Origin: Thermoanaerobaculia bacterium | GTDB taxonomy: Bacteria; Acidobacteriota; Thermoanaerobaculia; Gp7-AA8 | Direction of reading: 5' to 3' | Length of the DNA: 46,845 nucleotides | Assembly (NCBI GenBank): GCA_050745405.1 | Contig: JBOGJQ010000286.1 | Coordinates: forward strand, 1 to 46,845 | Part shown: piece after piece, positions 42,955 through 46,845 of the stretch | How the letters are laid out: every line of letters begins with the position of its first letter | How positions within the stretch are numbered: position 1 is the first letter of the stretch | Notes under the pieces: generated by a model | Databases searched by the model: none | The model's input: only the letters and a program-made list of their open reading frames with translations | Told to the model about the DNA's origin: nothing | Position numbers and translations under genes: made by a program

Positions 42955-44829
42955 TCACGAGACCGTCTTCACGGCGGCGTCGCCTTCGACCAGGCCGTCG
43001 AAGACCTGAAGCGCGAGGTCGACGCGGCCGAGCGGCGCCGACACCTGCACGCCCGCGACGCGGTCGCGCACCGCGAGCAGCGTCTCGCGCGCGATCGCGA
43101 CGCCCTCGTGCAGCGCGTGCTCCTTGCTCTTCTCGCTCGCGACGCGCATCCGGTCCATGACCGGTTCGGGGACGGACACGCCGGGCACCTCGTTGTTCAT
43201 GAACTGCGCATTCCGGTACGACAGCAGCGGCCAGATGCCGGCGACGATCGGCAGGTTCCAGTCCTCGATCCGGTGGAGGAAGTGCTCGAGCTGCGCGACG
43301 TCGAAGACGGGCTGCGTGATCGCGTACTCGGCGCCCGCCTTCACCTTCCAGTCGAGGCGGCCGAGCTCGTACTCGAGATCGAGGTGCCCCGGATTCACGC
43401 CGACGCCGATCGTGAACTCGGTCGGCTGTCCGAACGGATGCCCGCCCAGATCGAGACCGCGGTTCATGAGCGCCACCATGTTCGTGAGGCCGATCGAGTC
43501 GATGTCGAATACGGCGGTCGCCTCGGGATACGGTCCCATCTTCGGGGGGTCGCCCGTGATGAGGAGGAGGTTGCGCAGCCCGAGCGCGGCGCAGCCGAGC
43601 AGGTCCGAGTGCATGCCGAGAAGGTTCCGGTCGCGGCAACAGTAGTGGAGGATCGCCTCGATCCCGACCTGCTGCTGGATGAGGACCGCGACGGCGATCG
43701 CCCCCATCCGGTTCTGCGCGCGCGGCCCGTCGGGGACGTTGACGCCGTGAACGCCCGCGTCGCGGATCGCGCGGACGCCCTCGAGCATCTTCGTCGCGTC
43801 CGGCCCCTTCGGCGGCGTGATCTCGATCGTGGTCACGAACTCGCCGTTCGCGATCCTCTTTCCCCAGTTCGACCGCTCGGCGACAGGGACCGGCTCGGGC
43901 GCGTGCTGCCCGTTGCGCAGCGTCTCCGACTCGACGATCACGAGGTGGCGCCGCGGCGAGAGCGGCCGCACGGCGTCGGCGATCATCCGGATGTGCTCGG
44001 GCGTCGTGCCGCAGCAGCCGCCGATGAACTTCACGCCCTTGTGGATCAGGCGCTTCGCGTACTTCGCCATGTAATCGGGCGAAGCCATGTACATCTGCCG
44101 CCCCTGAACCGCGCGCGGGAGGCCGGCGTTCGGTTGACAGGAGATCTTCTTCGCCGTGGCGGCGGCCATCTCCTCGACGGCGTCGAGCATGACGTCGGGA
44201 CCGACCGAGCAGTTGAGGCCCACGACGTCGGCGCCGGCCGCGTCGAGGCGGCGCGCGAGGAGGGCCGGCGGGTCGCCGAAGGCGGTGCGGCCGTCGGTGC
44301 CGATCGTCATCTGCGCGACGATCGGAAGGGACGAAACGTCGCGGACGGCGCGGATCGCCTGCTCGGCTTCGGCGATGTTCGCGAAGGTCTCGAGGAGGAT
44401 GAGATCGACCCCTCCCTCGACGAGGCCCTCGATCTGCTCGCGGAACATCTGGCGCGCTTCGTCGAGCGCGGTGGGGCCGTACGGCTCGAGCCGGATTCCC
44501 AGCGGGCCGACGGCGCCGGCGACCCAGGCGGACTCGCCGGCGGCCTCCCGCGCGATCTCGGCGCCGCGGCGGTTGATCGCGCGGAGATCGTCGGCCAGGC
44601 CGAAGGCGGTGAGCTTCGGCCGGTTCGCGCCGTAGGTGTTCGTCTCGAGAATCTCCGCGCCGGCCTCGAGGTACGCGCGATGGATGGCGAGGACGGCGTT
44701 CTCCTCGCGCAGGTTCAGCTCGTCGTAGCACTTGTTGATGAAGAACCCGCGCGAATAGAGCATGGTCCCCGTCGCGCCGTCGAAGAGGTAGACGTGCGAA
44801 TCGGCGAGTGTCTGGATGAAGTCCTGCAT
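42955..44829 (-). CDS. yitJ: Bifunctional homocysteine S-methyltransferase / 5,10-methylenetetrahydrofolate reductase (YitJ-like, 624 aa)
   Basis: N-terminal Hcy-binding domain (LFDGATGTML ... GGCCGTTPEHI) fused to an MTHFR domain. The architecture matches Bacillus subtilis YitJ. Confidence 0.85.
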   Translation of the reverse strand: MQDFIQTLADSHVYLFDGATGTMLYSRGFFINKCYDELNLREENAVLAIHRAYLEAGAEILETNTYGANRPKLTAFGLADDLRAINRRGAEIAREAAGESAWVAGAVGPLGIRLEPYGPTALDEARQMFREQIEGLVEGGVDLILLETFANIAEAEQAIRAVRDVSSLPIVAQMTIGTDGRTAFGDPPALLARRLDAAGADVVGLNCSVGPDVMLDAVEEMAAATAKKISCQPNAGLPRAVQGRQMYMASPDYMAKYAKRLIHKGVKFIGGCCGTTPEHIRMIADAVRPLSPRRHLVIVESETLRNGQHAPEPVPVAERSNWGKRIANGEFVTTIEITPPKGPDATKMLEGVRAIRDAGVHGVNVPDGPRAQNRMGAIAVAVLIQQQVGIEAILHYCCRDRNLLGMHSDLLGCAALGLRNLLLITGDPPKMGPYPEATAVFDIDSIGLTNMVALMNRGLDLGGHPFGQPTEFTIGVGVNPGHLDLEYELGRLDWKVKAGAEYAITQPVFDVAQLEHFLHRIEDWNLPIVAGIWPLLSYRNAQFMNNEVPGVSVPEPVMDRMRVASEKSKEHALHEGVAIARETLLAVRDRVAGVQVSAPLGRVDLALQVFDGLVEGDAAVKTVS

Positions 44830-44851
44830 GGCGTCCCCGATGCCGCCGGCC

Positions 44852-44888
44852 GAAAAACGAAAGGCCCCACGAATCGTGGGGCCTTTCC
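44852..44888 (-). terminator. Intrinsic terminator/attenuator hairpin inside the yitJ-like 5' leader
   Basis: The minus strand reads GAAAGGCCCCAC-GATTC-GTGGGGCCTTTC followed by GTTTTTC, ending ~25 nt before the ATG at 44829. Confidence 0.7.
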
Positions 44889-44921
44889 GTCTTCAGAAGC
44901 GAAGGTCCGGTCAGCGGCGGT

Positions 44922-44972
44922 CTTTAGCTTTTTTTAGGCTGGTTGCAAGCGGCCCCAAATCACTCCAGCTTC
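44922..44972 (-). promoter_or_regulatory. Candidate SAM-II/SAM-V-class pseudoknot riboswitch aptamer
   Basis: The minus strand reads GAAGCUGGAGUGAUUUGGGGCCGCUUGCAACCAGCCUAAAAAAAGCUAAAG. P1 is GCUGG/CCAGC. The loop carries AUUU and GCUUGC. The 3' tail AAAGCU can pair with the loop GCUU in an H-type pseudoknot. Confidence 0.45.
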
Positions 44973-44979
44973 GGCGAGG

Positions 44980-45008
44980 AATGTACGGCCCGGCCGGGGA
45001 AATGTCAA
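44980..45008 (-). promoter_or_regulatory. Sigma-70-like promoter for the yitJ-like leader
   Basis: The minus strand reads TTGACA, a 17-nt spacer, then TACATT. Confidence 0.55.
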
Positions 45009-45014
45009 CGCGAT

Positions 45015-45088
45015 GCCGGTTGCCGGTTGGCGGTTGCCGGTTGTCGGCTTCAATCTCTACGGACAACCGACAACGGACAACGGCCAAC
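45015..45088. repeat. Core-less tandem-repeat hairpin: 5 x 7-mer (GCCGGTT) + loop + 4 complementary 7-mers (GACAACS)
   Basis: Read directly. It abuts the stop codon of the outer-membrane protein gene (45089-45091). Confidence 0.85.
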
Positions 45089-46534
45089 TCAAAACCGGTA
45101 CACCGCCGAGATCGATCCGACCTTGAACGCGTCCGAGGTGTCGTACGCCGCGTCGATCTGGAACTTCGGCCAGGCGAGACCGACGCCGACCGTGAAATGG
45201 TGCTGGTCTTCGCCGCCGGTGAAAACGACCTCGGACCTCATGCGGTTGGCGGAGCAGAGAACCCTGTCGGATTCAGCGAATCGCTCGTCGTCGCACGTAA
45301 TGGGCCCGACGTAGTCGAGGCCATGCGCCGGCTCGAGCCACCAGCCTCCGCGGATGGCGACCGACGTTCGTCCGGGAAAAAAGTACTCGGCGCCGAGGTG
45401 GTACTCGAGCGCGTCATCGATCTCGTAGGGCTGCTCGATGATGTCGATCTCGGGAAAAGCCGACTTGAAATCGTCCGTGAGATTCGAGTACCTGACGAAG
45501 ACGGCGTCGGCGAGGATCGTCAGAACGGGCATCGGCCGATAGGCGACTCCGATACCGGCCGTATCGGGGACATGAAACGTGGTGTCGAACGCCTGGTCGA
45601 AAACCTGCCCCTCCGCCGCGAAGCGTTGAAAGACGGCGGTCGGATACTCGGCCCCATGTTTGTAAGTCGCGCCGACGCTGAGGTCGTCGCGTACGCTCCA
45701 CTTCAAGCCGAGATTGAAGGTCATCGCGCTCTCGGTCTGCGCATTGCCTTCCTCGTCGAGCTCGGTCGCCTGAACGAGAATCTCGGTCAGTTGTGCGCTT
45801 TGGACCGTTCCCTGGTGGATATAGCGGAACAGAGCGGCCGCCTGGTCGAACAGTTGATATCGCACGCCCGCGCCCACAGATACGGGTCCGAACGAATACG
45901 CACCCGCGATACCGAACGTCTTCTGCGATATGTCGACACCCGTCAAATAGGGATTCAACTCGTAGCCAGTGCAGGCTCCGAAATCTTCATCGTTGAGACG
46001 GATGCACTCCTCGCGGTCAATGGGTCCGCCGCTGCCGACCGGATCCCCGCGAGCAATGAACCACAGAGGCAGCTCCCGGATGAACGGAAAGTTCAGCGCA
46101 TCGAACTCGTAAACCATGTTCACGTCGCTGCGGATCGAGAGCGGACGGTGGTAGTACGCGGCAACCGCCCAGCGATCGCGCGGAAAAACGAAGCTCGCGA
46201 ACGAGACCTCGGCAGTATTGCTGTGACCGGTGAATTCTTCGATCGTGAAGTTCGGGAACTCACCGCCGGCAGTGACCGGCGTATCGATCCGGAAGTTACG
46301 CAGCTCGAGAGAAATCTCCGGCGAGCGCAGGATCGTCAATCCCGCCGGGTTCGCCTCGGCCGCGGTAGCGTCATCTGCGAGTCCGAGGAACGCCCCTCCC
46401 ATTCCGAGCGATCTCGCCCCAGGGTTCTGAAAATTGAAGGTTAGACCGGCGAGTGACTCCAGGTCCGTGTTCTGCGCCGCGGCGGGTAGACAGACGAGCA
46501 CTGCGAAGACGACCAGCGTGCCGACTCGTTTCAT
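45089..46534 (-). CDS. Outer-membrane beta-barrel protein, FadL/OMPP1-like transport family
   Basis: Signal peptide ending AAAQ. GARSLGMGGAFLGLADDATAAEANPAGL is a typical FadL-like N-terminal motif. The C-terminus has an aromatic end (...AVYRF). I prefer the ATG at 46534 over the TTG at 46546. Confidence 0.7.
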   Translation of the reverse strand: MKRVGTLVVFAVLVCLPAAAQNTDLESLAGLTFNFQNPGARSLGMGGAFLGLADDATAAEANPAGLTILRSPEISLELRNFRIDTPVTAGGEFPNFTIEEFTGHSNTAEVSFASFVFPRDRWAVAAYYHRPLSIRSDVNMVYEFDALNFPFIRELPLWFIARGDPVGSGGPIDREECIRLNDEDFGACTGYELNPYLTGVDISQKTFGIAGAYSFGPVSVGAGVRYQLFDQAAALFRYIHQGTVQSAQLTEILVQATELDEEGNAQTESAMTFNLGLKWSVRDDLSVGATYKHGAEYPTAVFQRFAAEGQVFDQAFDTTFHVPDTAGIGVAYRPMPVLTILADAVFVRYSNLTDDFKSAFPEIDIIEQPYEIDDALEYHLGAEYFFPGRTSVAIRGGWWLEPAHGLDYVGPITCDDERFAESDRVLCSANRMRSEVVFTGGEDQHHFTVGVGLAWPKFQIDAAYDTSDAFKVGSISAVYRF

Positions 46535-46619
46535 GAACTCTCCCAACTCTGCCAGTTCGTTGCTGATGCGTTGGAAACCGATTCCGTTGCGACGAGTCTA
46601 GGAACGTACAGAGGGAAGG

Positions 46620-46845
46620 TCAAGGCGTCGCGGCGTCGATGACCTGGCGCGTCACCTCTTCGACCGTGCCGAGCTTCTTTTCCCGGTCTTTCCGCGCGCT
46701 CCACTCGATCTGGCCGTTCGCGAGGTTGCGTTTCCCGACGACGATCCGCAGGGGGAAGCCGATCAGGTCCGCGTCCTTGAACTTCACGCCCGGGCGTTCG
46801 TCGCGGTCGTCGTAGATCACGTCGACGCCGCCGTCGAGCAGGTCC
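46620..46845 (-). CDS. proS: Proline--tRNA ligase, C-terminal fragment (gene continues beyond the window)
   Basis: [30 protein letters not shown] matches the ProS anticodon-binding domain tail. The reading frame stays open to the window edge. Confidence 0.8.
   Translation of the reverse strand, partial: DLLDGGVDVIYDDRDERPGVKFKDADLIGFPLRIVVGKRNLANGQIEWSARKDREKKLGTVEEVTRQVIDAATP

Overview
This is a strongly GC-rich bacterial chromosomal window. Nearly every real gene carries a long antisense shadow ORF, so many ORFs in the six-frame track are artefacts. The gene content (many Ser/Thr kinases, sigma-54 regulators, MglA, TPR proteins) suggests an Acidobacteriota-like organism, but that is inference only.

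I support about 40 CDS, mostly housekeeping or signalling:
- A minus-strand signalling cluster: nucleotidyltransferase, metallophosphoesterase, PAS histidine kinase, NtrC-type sigma-54 activator, then a sigma-54 promoter driving REC and EAL genes.
- An atoE-like transporter, a KGG stress protein, and a FAD-oxidoreductase/Rieske fusion.
- Two tandem tRNA-Ser genes and an mglA-like GTPase.
- A cobalamin riboswitch followed by btuB-like, DUF6580-like and BtuF-like genes.
- mpg, suhB-like, two Hanks-type kinases, polA, selB and a DUF72 gene.
- A cysteine-synthase-like / cystathionine-lyase pair, plsY and gpsA.
- A stand-alone MshEN-type domain protein.
- A translationally coupled glyQ-glyS-lipoprotein-ppdK chain.
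- A two-lobed retropepsin-like lipoprotein, a yitJ-like homocysteine methyltransferase/MTHFR, a FadL-like outer-membrane protein, and a partial proS.

The most unusual signal is non-coding. Seven intergenic regions are filled by long hairpins whose two arms are tandem arrays of locus-specific 7-9 nt units, with the second arm reverse-complementary to the first. In three of them, a conserved ~130-160 nt nested-palindromic core sits at the apex. The core has 12-bp termini CGTCATCCTGAG...CTCAGGATGACG and an inner perfect 16-bp stem. These elements often abut stop codons directly.

Other leads:
- Two well-spaced sigma-54 promoters.
- A SAM-II-like pseudoknot leader plus attenuator upstream of the yitJ-like gene.
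- A nucleotidyltransferase/phosphoesterase pair embedded in the two-component operon.
- A B12 uptake operon with no btuCD.
- An orphan mglA with a C-terminal extension.

I saw no CRISPR array, integrase, transposase or recognisable defence genes.
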